Assembly: GCA_965214705.1 (NCBI GenBank)
Contig: OZ243972.1
Coordinates: forward strand, 3,200,001 to 3,264,000
DNA: 64,000 bases
Source of the DNA: Alphaproteobacteria bacterium
GTDB lineage: Bacteria > Pseudomonadota > Alphaproteobacteria > UBA828
Reading direction: 5' to 3'
Of this stretch, positions 46,871 to 61,183 are shown piece after piece. Both the position numbers and the translations under genes were made by a program. The stretch's first letter is position 1, and every line of letters begins with the position of its first letter. The notes beneath the pieces are model-generated. The model had not been told where the DNA came from. It was given only the letters and a program-made list of their open reading frames with translations, and ran no database searches.

Positions 46871-47556
46871 ATGAGAGCCGCCGTCGTCGTCTTTCCCGGC
46901 TCCAACTGCGACCGCGACGTGATGGTGGCGCTGGAGGCCAGTACAGGCCGGGCGCCGGCGATGGTCTGGCACGACGAGACCGCGCTGCCGGCCTGCGATC
47001 TGATCGTGCTGCCCGGTGGCTTCGCCCATGGTGACTATCTGCGCGCGGGCGCCATGGCGGCGCGCTCGCCGGTGATGGCGGACGTGGTGAAGCGGGCGAA
47101 GGCGGGCGTGCATGTCCTGGCCATCTGCAACGGCTTCCAGGTGGCGACCGAGGCCGGGCTGCTACCGGGCGCGCTGATGCGCAACGCCGGGCTCCGCTTC
47201 GTCTGCCGCTGGGTGAGCCTGCGCGTGGAAGAGGCCGCCAGCCCGTTCACCACCGGCTACGAGGCCGGGCAGGTGGTGCGGATGCCGGTCGCCCACCACG
47301 AGGGCAATTACTGTGCCGACGAGGAGACGCTGGCCCGGCTGGAAGGCGAGGGGCTGGTGGCGTTCCGCTACGTGGGCGACGACGGCGCGGCCGATGGCGA
47401 GGCCAACCCCAACGGCTCCGCCGCCGACATCGCGGGCATCCTCAACTCAGCGCGGACGGTGCTCGGCTTGATGCCGCATCCGGAGCGCGCTGCGGAGCCT
47501 GCGCTGGGCGGCGCCGACGGGCGCGCCATGTTCGATCACCTGGTGGAGGCGCTCTC

Positions 47557-47560
<4 letters not shown>
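46871..47560 (+). CDS. purQ: FGAM synthase glutaminase PurQ
   Basis: FPGSNCD, GDYLR, ICNGFQ, MPHPER. Confidence 0.95.
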
Positions 47561-49818
<2,258 letters not shown>

Positions 49819-49855
49819 GCGCACCCGCAGACCGCAACGCCTGAGAGAACCGCCG

Positions 49856-50095
49856 ATGCCCATGGACGTTCAGGAGATCGAGCAGCTCATTCGAGAGGCA
49901 CTCCCTGACGCCCAGATTCATATCGACGACCTGCGCGGCGACGGCGATCACTACGCGGCGCGCGTGGTTTCGGCCTCGTTCGCCGGCAAGTCGCGGGTGG
50001 AGCAGCACCAGATGGTCTATCGCGCGCTACGCGGGCGGATGGGCGATCAGCTGCACGCGCTCGCGCTTCAGACCAGCATCCCGACGGACGCGTAA
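49856..50095 (+). CDS. BolA/IbaG family protein
   Basis: GDGDHY, SRV.QHQMVY, LHAL. Confidence 0.9.
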   Translation: MPMDVQEIEQLIREALPDAQIHIDDLRGDGDHYAARVVSASFAGKSRVEQHQMVYRALRGRMGDQLHALALQTSIPTDA

Positions 50096-50122
50096 CCATC
50101 TGAGAATGAAAGGGGATTTCGC

Positions 50123-50476
50123 ATGATCGAGGCCACGACCAGTGCGCCGGTCGAGAACCGAATCCGGGGCCTCATCGACGAGCACGATGTCGTCCTGTTC
50201 ATGAAGGGGACGCCCGTGTTTCCGCAGTGCGGGTTCTCCGCCACGGTGGTGCAGATGCTCTCGCTGCTCGGCGTCCGCTTCAAGGGCTTCGACGTGCTCG
50301 AGGACCCCGAGGTGCGTCAGGGCATCAAGAGCTTCAGCGACTGGCCGACGATCCCGCAGCTCTACGTCAAGGGCGAGTTCGTGGGCGGTTGCGACATCGT
50401 GCGCGAGATGTACGAGACCGGCGAGCTTTCGGAGTTGCTGAGCACCAGGGGCATCAGCGTCGAGCCCCGCGTTTGA
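50123..50476 (+). CDS. grxD: monothiol glutaredoxin Grx4
   Basis: [21 protein letters not shown]. Confidence 0.95.
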   Translation: MIEATTSAPVENRIRGLIDEHDVVLFMKGTPVFPQCGFSATVVQMLSLLGVRFKGFDVLEDPEVRQGIKSFSDWPTIPQLYVKGEFVGGCDIVREMYETGELSELLSTRGISVEPRV

Positions 50477-50817
50477 CCCCACCCGCGCCGGCGGTCATCG
50501 CCAGCTACCACGCCCACGTCTACTACGAGCCTGCGACGCGGCCGACCGCCGCGGTGGTCAGGACCGACCTGATCGCGCGCTTCCCCGTGCGGCTCGGGCG
50601 CTGGCGCGACAAGCTGGTCGGGCCGCACCCGATGCACATGTTCCAGGTGGCGTTCGAGCCGGCGCTGTTCGCCGCGTTCGTGCCCTGGCTCATGCTCAAC
50701 CGCCGGGGCCACTCGGTGCTGGTCCATCCCAACACCGGCGACGATCTCGCCGATCACCGCGACTACCCGCTCTGGCTCGGGGAAAAGCTCGCCCTCGACT
50801 TCAGCGTGTTCGATTGA
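50473..50817 (+). CDS. DOPA 4,5-dioxygenase family protein
   Basis: YHAHVYY, VGPHP, PWLMLNR, LVHPNTG, WLG; TTG start assumed. Confidence 0.82.
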   Translation: MTPPAPAVIASYHAHVYYEPATRPTAAVVRTDLIARFPVRLGRWRDKLVGPHPMHMFQVAFEPALFAAFVPWLMLNRRGHSVLVHPNTGDDLADHRDYPLWLGEKLALDFSVFD

Positions 50818-50852
50818 CGGCACAGGGAGATTGGCCTATGTTTGGCATATGT
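50814..50852 (+). promoter_or_regulatory. vapBC promoter with tandem operator-like repeat
   Basis: TTGACG-N17-TATGTT; TTGGCCTATGT and TTGGCATATGT in tandem over the -10 box. Confidence 0.55.
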
Positions 50853-50879
50853 CGATCTCGTCGGGAGGGTGAGTAGGAC

Positions 50880-51122
50880 ATGTCGGTGCCCGCACGTCAC
50901 GCCCGCCTGTTCCGCAATGGTCGCAATCAGGCAGTGCGAATTCCACGCGAGTTCGAGCTGGCGGCTGACGAGGTCGTCATCTATCAAGAGGACCGCCGCC
51001 TGGTCATCGAGCCTGTCGAGCGCCGGCCTTCACTCGCCGCTGTGCTGGCGACGCTAGAGCCCTTGGACGAAGATTTCCCGGAGATCGACGATCCACCGAC
51101 GGAGCCGGAAGACATCTTCTAG
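50880..51122 (+). CDS. vapB: VapB antitoxin (AbrB/SpoVT type)
   Basis: LFRNGRNQAVRIPREF; acidic C-terminus. Confidence 0.88.
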   Translation: MSVPARHARLFRNGRNQAVRIPREFELAADEVVIYQEDRRLVIEPVERRPSLAAVLATLEPLDEDFPEIDDPPTEPEDIF

Positions 51123-51123
51123 T

Positions 51124-51528
51124 ATGGCCGCGCTTCGGTACCTACTTGATACCAACGTCGTATCTCAGCTTGTTCGGCACCCCGGCGGTAAAGTGGCCCG
51201 GCGCATAGCCGCTCTCGAGCCTGGAAGCGTAGCAGTCAGCGTGATCGTAGCAGCCGAGCTTCGCTACGGCGCCTACCGCCGCGGTTCCACACGCTTGATG
51301 GAACAGTTGGAAGTATTGCTCTCTGTGATCGACGTGCTTCCTTTGGAGGTGCCAGCCGATCAGCACTACGGAGAGATTCGAAGCAACCTGGAACGCAGCG
51401 GTAAACCCATTGGCCGCAACGACCTACTGATCGCCGCGCACGCGAGAGCGCTCGGCGTGACGCTGGTCACTAATAACGTCGGCGAATTCCGTCGCGTCCC
51501 TGATCTTGCGGTCGAGGACTGGCAGTAG
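51124..51528 (+). CDS. vapC: VapC PIN-domain toxin
   Basis: YLLDTN, AEL.YG, G.NDLLIAAHA, LVTNN..EF.RV. Confidence 0.92.
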   Translation: MAALRYLLDTNVVSQLVRHPGGKVARRIAALEPGSVAVSVIVAAELRYGAYRRGSTRLMEQLEVLLSVIDVLPLEVPADQHYGEIRSNLERSGKPIGRNDLLIAAHARALGVTLVTNNVGEFRRVPDLAVEDWQ

Positions 51529-51562
51529 TTAGCTGGGCGTGGACTGAGGCTGGGGCTGGCGC

Positions 51563-52153
51563 TCAGCGCTCCAGCCAGAGCTCGGGCACCGGGCCACTGC
51601 CGCCTGCGAGCGGATCGGTCGCGGGCAGCGGGACCGCGGCGATGGAGGTCCTGATCGCGGGCATCTCCGCATCGCCCACGACCTTGAGCTCCAGGCCCTC
51701 GGTATCGTCCCGCGCGCTCGAGACCTCTGCATCCTGGTTCGACAGCACGCAAAGGTCCGGCTGCTGCCCCGGCGGGTAGGCGCCCACGCTGACGTAGCCC
51801 GGTTTGTCGTCGAGCCGGCAGTGCACGACGCCGGCGGGGATCAGCACGGCATCGCCGGCCTGCACGTCGACCACCGGCCCCTTCGGCCCGCCGAACTGAA
51901 GCTGCGCCGCGCCGCGCGCGCAGCCCACGACCTCGTGCGCAATCGAGTGATAGTGGTGAAAGGGGAAGGTATCGCCGCGAAAGCCGTCGCCCCAGCCGTT
52001 GGAGTCGAAGTGGCGCTCGACCGCAGCCTCCGGCTCATCGCCGTCTCCGACATCGATGGCGCCCCGATAGACGATCAGCGGCAGCGCCCCGTTGTTGGGG
52101 CTGGTGCCGGCTTCCTTCAGCAGATGATGCTCGAATGCCAACGTGCCCATCAC
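51563..52153 (-). CDS. cupin-domain protein (YjlB-like)
   Basis: PNN..LP, FHHYHS.AHEV, GD...IPAGV.H, VGAYP. Confidence 0.82.
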   Translation of the reverse strand: MMGTLAFEHHLLKEAGTSPNNGALPLIVYRGAIDVGDGDEPEAAVERHFDSNGWGDGFRGDTFPFHHYHSIAHEVVGCARGAAQLQFGGPKGPVVDVQAGDAVLIPAGVVHCRLDDKPGYVSVGAYPPGQQPDLCVLSNQDAEVSSARDDTEGLELKVVGDAEMPAIRTSIAAVPLPATDPLAGGSGPVPELWLER

Positions 52154-52246
52154 GCTCCTCCCTTACCCTCTGAACCTGAGAGGGAGACAAAAGCCGGGAT
52201 GAAGCGCCCTGTCAATCGGCAGGGCGAGGCCGTGAGCGCGCGGGGG

Positions 52247-52861
52247 TTACCGCGAGTAGTATTCGATGACAAGGTTGGGCTCCATCGTCACCGGGTAGGG
52301 CACGTCGGCGAACTTGGGGGCGCGGATGAAGCGGCCCTCCATCCGGTCGTGGTCGACCTCGAGATAGTCGGGCACGTCGCGCTCCGGCGAATCGATCGCC
52401 TCCAGCACCAGCGGCAGCTGCTTCGAGCGCTCGCGCACCGTGATGCGGTCCTCGTCCTTAACCAGGTAGCTGGGGATGGTCACCCGGCGGCCGTTGACCA
52501 GGATGTGGCCGTGGCTCACGAACTGCCGGGCTGCGAACACGGTCGGCACGAACTTCATGCGGTAGACGACGGCATCGAGGCGCCTCTCCAGCAGCCCGAC
52601 CAGATTCTCGCCGGTGTCGCCCTTGCGGTCGCCGGCGATGTGGTAGTAGCGGCGGAACTGCTTCTCGGTGATGTTGCCGTAGTAGCCGCGCAGGCGCTGC
52701 TTGGCCGCGAGCTGCACGCCGAAGTCGGACGGCTTGCGCCGCCGCTGGCCGTGCTGCCCTGGCCCGTAGTCGCGCCGGTTGGTGGGGCTCTTGGGGCGGC
52801 CCCACAGGTTGACGCCGAGGCGCCGGCAAATCTTGTATTTCGACTGCTGTCGCTTGCTCAT
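52247..52861 (-). CDS. rpsD: 30S ribosomal protein S4
   Basis: [27 protein letters not shown]. Confidence 0.97.
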   Translation of the reverse strand: MSKRQQSKYKICRRLGVNLWGRPKSPTNRRDYGPGQHGQRRRKPSDFGVQLAAKQRLRGYYGNITEKQFRRYYHIAGDRKGDTGENLVGLLERRLDAVVYRMKFVPTVFAARQFVSHGHILVNGRRVTIPSYLVKDEDRITVRERSKQLPLVLEAIDSPERDVPDYLEVDHDRMEGRFIRAPKFADVPYPVTMEPNLVIEYYSR

Positions 52862-52921
52862 CGTGCCCGTGCCGGTGGGAGAATCGCGTGCGCCCGCGGC
52901 CTCCGGCGGCGAGCCGGGCGC

Positions 52922-52949
52922 ACTATAGCCCCCGCCGGTGCAGTGTCAA
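52922..52949 (-). promoter_or_regulatory. sigma70 promoter of rpsD
   Basis: Minus strand TTGACA-N16-TATAGT. Confidence 0.65.
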
Positions 52950-53758
52950 TCGGCCGGGCCGGGCGGTTCGCGCCGCCGGAGCCGCTCCCCGGTGAGCGCG
53001 CGCACGACGCCCCGCAGGGTCTGCACGTCCTGGCGGGTCATCGAGATGCGCTCGAACATGGTGCGCATGTTCTGCACCATCTTGGGCCGCATCTCGGGCG
53101 TCGGGAAGAAATCGCGGTCGTCGAGCGCGCCTTCCAGATGCCGGAAGAAGTGCAGGATCTCGTCCTTGGTGGCGGGCCGCGCGCTCCCGGTGGGCGGGGC
53201 CGGCTCTGGCTCGTCCTCCGGCGGGGCGCTCACGAGGCGCCACTCGTAGGCCATGATCAGGACCGCCTGCGCGAGGTTGAGCGAGGCGAAGGCGGGGTTG
53301 AGCGGAATGCGGACGATGGCATCGGCGAGCACCAGCTCTTCGTTCTTGAGGCCGGCCTTCTCCGGCCCGAAGAGGAGGCCAAGGCGGGCGCCCCGACGCC
53401 CCGCATCGCGCAACGCCGTGACCGCATCGCGCGGCGCGAGCTCCGGCTTCAGCAACTCGCGCGGCCGCGCCGTGGTGGCGTGAACCAGGTTGAGGTCGGC
53501 CACCGCTTCCTCGACAGTCGAGCACAGCCGCACGCCGTTCAGCACCGCGTCCGCGCCGGATGCCGCGCCCAGCGCCTTCACGTTGGGCCAGCCGTCGCGG
53601 GGCTGGACCAGGCGCAGGTCGGAGAGACCGCAGTTCAGCATGGCGCGGGCGGCGGCGCCGATGTTTTCGCCGAGCTGGGTGCGCACGAGGATGACCGCTG
53701 GCGCCCCCGCATCGACGTGGGCCGCCGCGCAGGCTTTGCGCCGGTCGGTCCCCGCCAC
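52946..53758 (-). CDS. trmJ: SPOUT RNA methyltransferase (TrmJ/LasT family)
   Basis: ENIGAAARAM.N, FGPE..GL.NEE, SLNLAQA. Confidence 0.88.
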   Translation of the reverse strand: MAGTDRRKACAAAHVDAGAPAVILVRTQLGENIGAAARAMLNCGLSDLRLVQPRDGWPNVKALGAASGADAVLNGVRLCSTVEEAVADLNLVHATTARPRELLKPELAPRDAVTALRDAGRRGARLGLLFGPEKAGLKNEELVLADAIVRIPLNPAFASLNLAQAVLIMAYEWRLVSAPPEDEPEPAPPTGSARPATKDEILHFFRHLEGALDDRDFFPTPEMRPKMVQNMRTMFERISMTRQDVQTLRGVVRALTGERLRRREPPGPAD

Positions 53759-53799
53759 GGCTCAGCCCGTCAGGGCGCGGGTTGCGCGTGCGCCGCCTT

Positions 53800-55179
<1,380 letters not shown>

Positions 55180-55182
55180 GGC

Positions 55183-56844
55183 TTAACCGGTCCCGCGGTA
55201 GCGGTTGGTGATGGGGTAGCGGCGGTCCTTGCCGAAGGAGCGCAGCGTGAGCTTGATGCCCGGCGGCGCCTGGCGCCGCTTATACTCCGCGATGTCGAGC
55301 ATCCGCCAGATGCGTGCCGCAGTCTCCGCCGCGTGACCGCGGGCCACGATCTCCTCGGTGGAGCGTTCCTCCTCCACCAGGCCGCGCAGCACGTCGTCCA
55401 GCACCTCGTAAGGGGGGAGCGTGTCCTGATCGGTCTGGTCGGGGCGAAGCTCCGCGCTCGGCGGCTTGTCTATGATTGCCTCCGGAATCACCGCACCCTG
55501 CGGACCCTTGAGCCCCGCCATCCAGCTCCCGTTGCGCCAGCGCGCCATGGCGAACACGTCGGTCTTGTAGACGTCCTTCAGCACGGAATAGCCGCCGCAC
55601 ATGTCGCCGTAGAGCGTGGCGTAGCCCACCGACATCTCCGACTTGTTGCCGGTGGTGAGCACCATGTGGCCGAGCTTGTTGCTGATCGCCATCAGGATGA
55701 CGCCCCGTACCCGCGCCTGGATATTCTCCTCGGTCTCGTCCGCGGCGCGGCCGGCGAAGATCGGCGCCAGCGATTCGCCGAGCGCGTCCACCGCCGGCTC
55801 GATCCCCACCACCTCGTGGCGGACTCCGAGCAGGCGCGCGCACTCGGCTGCGTCGTCGAGGGAGGATTGCGCCGTGTAGCGCGACGGCATGGCGACGCAG
55901 AAGACCCGCTCGGCGCCCAGCGCATCGACGGCAACGGCGGCCGTCAGCGCGGAGTCGATGCCGCCCGACAACCCGATCAGCACGCCGGGGAAGCCGTTCT
56001 TTCCGACATAGTCGCGCAGCCCCACCGTCATGGCCCGATAGGACGCGGCATGGCCTTCCGGCAGCGTGGCACGGGTGGCCGGCGTGCAGGTCCAGCCGCC
56101 ACTCTCTCGCGACCAATGGGTGAGCAACAGCGACTCCTGGAAGGCCGGCGCCTGGGCGGCGAGGCTATGGTCGGCGTTGAGGACGAAGGAGGCCCCATCG
56201 AAGACCAGCTCGTCCTGGCCGCCCACCTGGTTCGCGTAGATCAGTGGCAGCTCGGTCTCACCAATCCGCGCGACGGCGAGGTTGAGGCGGGTGTCGCCCT
56301 TGTCGCTTTCGAAAGGCGAGCCGTTGATCACGATCATGATCTCGGCGCCCGATTCCGCGAGGCATTCGGCGACCTCGGGGAACCACATGTCCTCGCAGAT
56401 CATGGCGCCGAGGCGGACGCCGCGAAACGGGATCGGCCCCGGCAGGCCGGGGCGCGCGAACACCCGCACCTCGTCGAAGACGCCGTAGTTGGGCAGCTCG
56501 TACTTGTAGCGCCGCGCCGCCACCTCGCCACGTTCCAGCAGGAGCACGGCGTTGTAGAGCTTGCCGCCCTCAACCCAGGGCGCGCCGATGAGGAGCGCGG
56601 GCCCGCCGTCCGCCGTCGCCGCCGCGAGCGCTTCCACGACAGCCCGCGATTGTTCCTGGAACATCGGTTTGAGCACGAGGTCCTCGGGCGGGTAGCCGGT
56701 CACCACGAGCTCGGTGCAGACCACGAGATCGGCGCCTTGGGCCGCGGCCTCGGCGTGGGCGCGCAGGATCAGCGCCTTGTTGCCCTCCAGGTCCCCCACT
56801 GTGGGGTTGAGCTGGGCGAGCGCGATGGCGAGCGTGTCGGTCAT
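55183..56844 (-). CDS. nadE: glutamine-dependent NAD+ synthetase
   Basis: Nitrilase domain (GYPPED, ICED) plus SGGIDS, TGNKSE, PPSAELRP.Q. Confidence 0.95.
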   Translation of the reverse strand: MTDTLAIALAQLNPTVGDLEGNKALILRAHAEAAAQGADLVVCTELVVTGYPPEDLVLKPMFQEQSRAVVEALAAATADGGPALLIGAPWVEGGKLYNAVLLLERGEVAARRYKYELPNYGVFDEVRVFARPGLPGPIPFRGVRLGAMICEDMWFPEVAECLAESGAEIMIVINGSPFESDKGDTRLNLAVARIGETELPLIYANQVGGQDELVFDGASFVLNADHSLAAQAPAFQESLLLTHWSRESGGWTCTPATRATLPEGHAASYRAMTVGLRDYVGKNGFPGVLIGLSGGIDSALTAAVAVDALGAERVFCVAMPSRYTAQSSLDDAAECARLLGVRHEVVGIEPAVDALGESLAPIFAGRAADETEENIQARVRGVILMAISNKLGHMVLTTGNKSEMSVGYATLYGDMCGGYSVLKDVYKTDVFAMARWRNGSWMAGLKGPQGAVIPEAIIDKPPSAELRPDQTDQDTLPPYEVLDDVLRGLVEEERSTEEIVARGHAAETAARIWRMLDIAEYKRRQAPPGIKLTLRSFGKDRRYPITNRYRGTG

Positions 56845-56932
56845 GGTCGGCCGGTTATACACAAAGGAGCCGGCGGTTGCCGGCCCCGATTACCAACGGC
56901 CGCCCGACTCTCGTGGCCCCGGCGAGCGCTCC

Positions 56933-58090
56933 CTAGCGCGAGCGGGGCGATCCGTCCGCGCCATTGCGCAGCAGGAACTCGCGGCCGAGCTTGACCCGTG
57001 CGGTGCCGTCGTAATCCACCACGTCTGCGGTCGCGAAGGTCTCGGACCAGTTCTCGGGCAGGAACGAGCCCGTGCCGATCACGTCGATGGGTGCATTCAC
57101 GCTGGCCATGACCCTGCACTTGGCCGGCCCAAAGCCGGAACTCGCGACGATCTTCACTTTCTCGAAGCCGGCCTCGTCGAGCGCCGCGCGCAGGTGGAAG
57201 AGCGCCGCGGCGCTGACGCCGGTGCCGTGCAGCCAGCGCAGCTCCGCCTCGGTGCGATATTCGCGCACGGCAGTCGGGCAGTAGCGCTCCAGCACGGCGT
57301 ATGACTTCGCCATGTCCAGGCCCTCGACGTAGCGGCTGCCGTGGGTATCGAGGCGGAAGCTCAGCTCGCCGCGCGCGACAAGCTCCGGGAAGCGCCGGCA
57401 CACGGCGAGCGCATCGGTGATCTCCTGCCCGTAGTAGTCGACGAGCACGGTCATCGGCTCGCCCGCGAAAATTTCGTGATACATCTCGGCGGCGCGGACC
57501 GTGGAGCCCGCGTAGCCGATGAAAGCGTGGGGCATGGTGCCGTAGCCCCGCTGATTGCCGAAGTAGTGGGCGGTCGCGTCGGTGGCGTTGCCGATGAAGC
57601 CGACGGCGCCGCACTCCTGCTTCGCTGCCTTCGAGCCCACGCTCGCCGCGTAGGCCATCATCTCGGCCATCTCGATGCCTGCGCAATGGCGCGCGTCCAT
57701 TGCCAGGAACGCAACCTTGGGCAGGCTGCGGGACATGGCATAGGCGTTGTAGGCGGCGACGCAGACGGCGCCCAGCCGCTGCAGGTAAAGCGTCTCCAGA
57801 TCGACGAGGTGGCGGAAAGAGCCCGAGAGATAGATGAGCGGCTCGCCGGCGCCGACCCACTCGCCTTCCTCGAACCGGCACTCGATGGTGAATTCGGTGC
57901 TGCGCTCGGCGGCGACCGAGTTCAGCCACTCGATCATCAGGCGGGGCGCGAAACAGACCGGCCGCCGCATGAACAGCGCGTAGGTGACCTTGGCGTCGCC
58001 GAAGCGGCCGATCGCCTTGCGCGTGCGCGTGAAGTAGTGGTCGGTGTAGCGGGTGACCTCGCTGTCGCGGGGTCCGTCGTGGGGCAACAT
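56933..58090 (-). CDS. nicotinate phosphoribosyltransferase-like protein
   Basis: TDHYF, MDARH, GTMPHA, RLDTHG, ASSGF, GTGS; adjacent to nadE. Confidence 0.82.
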   Translation of the reverse strand: MLPHDGPRDSEVTRYTDHYFTRTRKAIGRFGDAKVTYALFMRRPVCFAPRLMIEWLNSVAAERSTEFTIECRFEEGEWVGAGEPLIYLSGSFRHLVDLETLYLQRLGAVCVAAYNAYAMSRSLPKVAFLAMDARHCAGIEMAEMMAYAASVGSKAAKQECGAVGFIGNATDATAHYFGNQRGYGTMPHAFIGYAGSTVRAAEMYHEIFAGEPMTVLVDYYGQEITDALAVCRRFPELVARGELSFRLDTHGSRYVEGLDMAKSYAVLERYCPTAVREYRTEAELRWLHGTGVSAAALFHLRAALDEAGFEKVKIVASSGFGPAKCRVMASVNAPIDVIGTGSFLPENWSETFATADVVDYDGTARVKLGREFLLRNGADGSPRSR

Positions 58091-58110
58091 CGCGACCCCC
58101 TTCCGCGCCC

Positions 58111-59493
58111 CTAGCCGTGCAGCGCCCTTGGCTGGGCGGTGGCCGCTCGCTCCTCCCTCAGATGCTCGGAGATGAGGAAGGCGAGCTCCAGCGCCTGCGA
58201 GGCGTTGAGCCGCGGGTCGCAGTGGGTGTGATAGCGGCTGGAGAGGTCCTCCTCGGTGATCGCCTGGGCGCCGCCCAGGCACTCGGTCACGTCCTGGCCG
58301 GTCATCTCGAAGTGGACGCCGCCGGGGTACGTGCCCTCGGCCCGGTGCACCGCGAAGAAGCCGCGCACCTCCGCCAAAACCTGATCGAAGACTCGGGTCT
58401 TGTAGCCGTTGGACGACTTGATCGTGTTGCCGTGCATGGGATCGCAGGCCCAGACCACGTGCCGGCCCTCACCCTGGACGGCACGCACGAGGGGCGGCAG
58501 CTTGGCTTCGACGGCCTCGTGCCCCATGCGCGCGATCACCGTGAGCTTGCCGGGCTCGTTATGCGGGTTGAGCCGGTCGATGAGGGCGAGCAGATCGTCC
58601 GGCGTGATGTTGGGGCCGGCCTTGAGCCCGATGGGATTGCCGACTCCGCTAAGGAAGTCGACATGCGCCCCGTCCACCTGTCGCGTGCGGTCGCCGATCC
58701 AGAGCATGTGCGCGCTGCAGTCGTACCACCCGCCGGTGGTCGAATCGACGCGGGTCAGCGCCTGCTCGTATTCCAGGATCAGGGCCTCGTGGGAGGTGTA
58801 GAACTCGGTCTCGCGGATCTGCGGCGAGGTCTCCTCGGTGAGCCCGCAGGCCGCCATGAAGTCGAGCGTGTCGCCGATCTGGTTGGCGAGCGCCTCGTAG
58901 CGCGCGCCCTGCGTGCTCTCGGCGACGAAACCGAGGTTCCAGCGATGCACGGCGTGGAGGTCGGCGTAGCCGCCGTGGGCGAGCGCCCGCAGCAGGTTGA
59001 GGGTCGACGCGGATTGGCCGTAGGCCCGGAGCAGGCGCTGCGGCACGGGCGTCCGCTCTTCCTCGCTGAAGGCCATGCCATTGATCATGTCGCCGCGGTA
59101 GGCGGGGAGCGTCGTGTCGCCCACGGTCTCGGTGTCCGACGAGCGCGGCTTGGCGAACTGACCCGCGAGGCGGCCGACCTTGACCACCGGCAGCTTGGCA
59201 CCGTAGGTCAGCACCACCGCCATCTGCAGCAGAACGCGGAAGGTGTCCCGCACCGTGTCGGGGTGGAATTCCGCGAAGCTCTCGGCGCAATCCCCGCCCT
59301 GCAGCAGGAAGGCACGGCCCTCGCTCACCCGTGCCAGGCTCTCGCGCAGCCTCCGCGCTTCACCGGCGAAGACCAGCGGGGGCGAGGTCTTGAGGCGCTC
59401 CTCGGCCGAGGCGAGTTCGGCCGCGTCGGGCCATTGCGGCTGCTGCTTGATCGGCAGCCCGCGCCAGCGGCCGGGGTTCCACGTGCCGGGCAT
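58111..59493 (-). CDS. class II DAHP synthase
   Basis: [38 protein letters not shown]. Confidence 0.95.
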   Translation of the reverse strand: MPGTWNPGRWRGLPIKQQPQWPDAAELASAEERLKTSPPLVFAGEARRLRESLARVSEGRAFLLQGGDCAESFAEFHPDTVRDTFRVLLQMAVVLTYGAKLPVVKVGRLAGQFAKPRSSDTETVGDTTLPAYRGDMINGMAFSEEERTPVPQRLLRAYGQSASTLNLLRALAHGGYADLHAVHRWNLGFVAESTQGARYEALANQIGDTLDFMAACGLTEETSPQIRETEFYTSHEALILEYEQALTRVDSTTGGWYDCSAHMLWIGDRTRQVDGAHVDFLSGVGNPIGLKAGPNITPDDLLALIDRLNPHNEPGKLTVIARMGHEAVEAKLPPLVRAVQGEGRHVVWACDPMHGNTIKSSNGYKTRVFDQVLAEVRGFFAVHRAEGTYPGGVHFEMTGQDVTECLGGAQAITEEDLSSRYHTHCDPRLNASQALELAFLISEHLREERAATAQPRALHG

Positions 59494-59608
59494 GTCGTTC
59501 TCCCGCGGAATTATGTCGTTGTTGCCGTGCTATACGCCCGAACCGTCCGTCGTGCCAGCATTTTCCTGTTTGGCAGCGGTATCTGCCGGCGCGGCGCGCG
59601 CCGACGAG

Positions 59609-60979
59609 CTATTGGGCGGCGTCGGCAACGGGCTCGGGAACCGGTTCGTACATGGTGACGAACTCCTCCGCCGCGGTCGGGTGCACCGCCATGGTCGCGT
59701 CAAACTGGGCCTTGGTCGCGCCCGCCTTGACGGCGATACCCAGTAGCTGCACGGCCTCGCCTGCGCCATCGCCCACCATGTGGCAGCCCACCACCCGGCC
59801 CGAGGCGCGGTCGACGACGAGCTTCATGAAGACGGTCTCTTCCCTCGTCGTGAGCGTGTGCTTGAGCGGGCGGAAGCGGGTCTTGTAGATGTCCACGGCG
59901 GGGTAGGCCTGCCGGGCCTCCTCCTCGGTGAGCCCGACCGTGCCAAGCTCCGGCGTGGTGAAGACCGCCGTCGCGACGTCGCGGTGGTCCGGGTTCTGCG
60001 GGTTGTCGTTGTAGAGAGTTTCGGCAATGCAGCGGCCCTCATGGATCGCCACCGGAGTCAGGTTGATGCGGTCAGTGACGTCGCCGATGGCATAGATGTT
60101 GGCGGCGCCCGTGTGCGAGGCCTCGTCGACCGGGATGGCGCCGCCGTCGGCGGGCTCGATGCCCGCGGTCTCGAGCCCGAGGCCGGCGACGCTGGGCTTC
60201 CGCCCGGTGGCGTACAGCACCTGGTCCGCCTCGATGATCTCGCCGGCTGTGGTCGTGACCGCGATCGCCGACCCGTTGCGCGCGAGCGAGGCCGCGTTGG
60301 TGTTGAGGCGGAGGTCGGCCCCGCCCTTGCGCATCTCCTCGCAGAGCACTTCGCGCAAGTCGTGGTCGAACCCTCGGAGCGGCAGGTCGCGCCGGTAGAG
60401 CTGGGTCACCTTCGAGCCCAGGCCCTGCATGATGCAGGCGAACTCGCAGGCGATGTAGCCGCCGCCCACGATCACGATGTGCTGGGGCAACGCCGGCAGG
60501 TCGAACATCTCGTCCGAGCTGATGGCGAGCTCGATGCCGGGGATGTCGGGCATGGTGGGCCGGCCGCCGGTGGCGATCACGATGGTTTCGGCGCGGTGTG
60601 TCTCGTCGCCGACGGCGACGGTGTGGGCGTCGAGCAGGCGGCCGGTTCCGGGGATATGCGTGGCTCCCGCATTGCGCAGCAGGCGTTCGTAGATGCCTTC
60701 CAGCCGGTCGAGCTCGGCCGATTTGGCCTGCACCATGGCCGACCAGTCGAAGATGCGCTCGCCGACGGTCCAGCCGTAACCGGCGGCGTCCTCGAAGTCG
60801 TGGCTGAAGTGCGAGGCGTAGACCAGGAGCTTCTTGGGGATGCAGCCGCGATGCACGCAGGTGCCGCCGAGCCGGTCGTTCTCGACCACCGCGGCCTTGG
60901 CGCCGTAGCTCGCCGCGCGGCGGGCGCAGGCAACGCCGCCCGAGCCGCCGCCGATCACAAGGAGATCGAAGTCCGCCAT
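59609..60979 (-). CDS. gor: glutathione reductase
   Basis: GGTCVHRGCIPKK, GGGYIA, LTPVA, HPTAAEE. Confidence 0.93.
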   Translation of the reverse strand: MADFDLLVIGGGSGGVACARRAASYGAKAAVVENDRLGGTCVHRGCIPKKLLVYASHFSHDFEDAAGYGWTVGERIFDWSAMVQAKSAELDRLEGIYERLLRNAGATHIPGTGRLLDAHTVAVGDETHRAETIVIATGGRPTMPDIPGIELAISSDEMFDLPALPQHIVIVGGGYIACEFACIMQGLGSKVTQLYRRDLPLRGFDHDLREVLCEEMRKGGADLRLNTNAASLARNGSAIAVTTTAGEIIEADQVLYATGRKPSVAGLGLETAGIEPADGGAIPVDEASHTGAANIYAIGDVTDRINLTPVAIHEGRCIAETLYNDNPQNPDHRDVATAVFTTPELGTVGLTEEEARQAYPAVDIYKTRFRPLKHTLTTREETVFMKLVVDRASGRVVGCHMVGDGAGEAVQLLGIAVKAGATKAQFDATMAVHPTAAEEFVTMYEPVPEPVADAAQ

Positions 60980-61183
60980 GATTCGCTCTTGTTCGTTTCC
61001 CTCAATCGCCGGGCGCTCGCTCCGCTCACTTGGCTCCGCGCCTTCGGCGCGCGGCGCGGTCGCGCCGTCCGGGCCTCCGGCCCGGTTCCGGTTCGCGCGC
61101 GTCAGGGGCGGTGCATATATGGTTTTGCGGCGGATTGCACCGGCCGGGCGCTTTTTGGCCGTAACCGCGGCCAGGATTTTGGA

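Noticed and set aside
61000-61110. GC-rich hairpins upstream of gor as a riboswitch
   Set aside because: No recognisable aptamer consensus; more likely another intergenic palindromic repeat.
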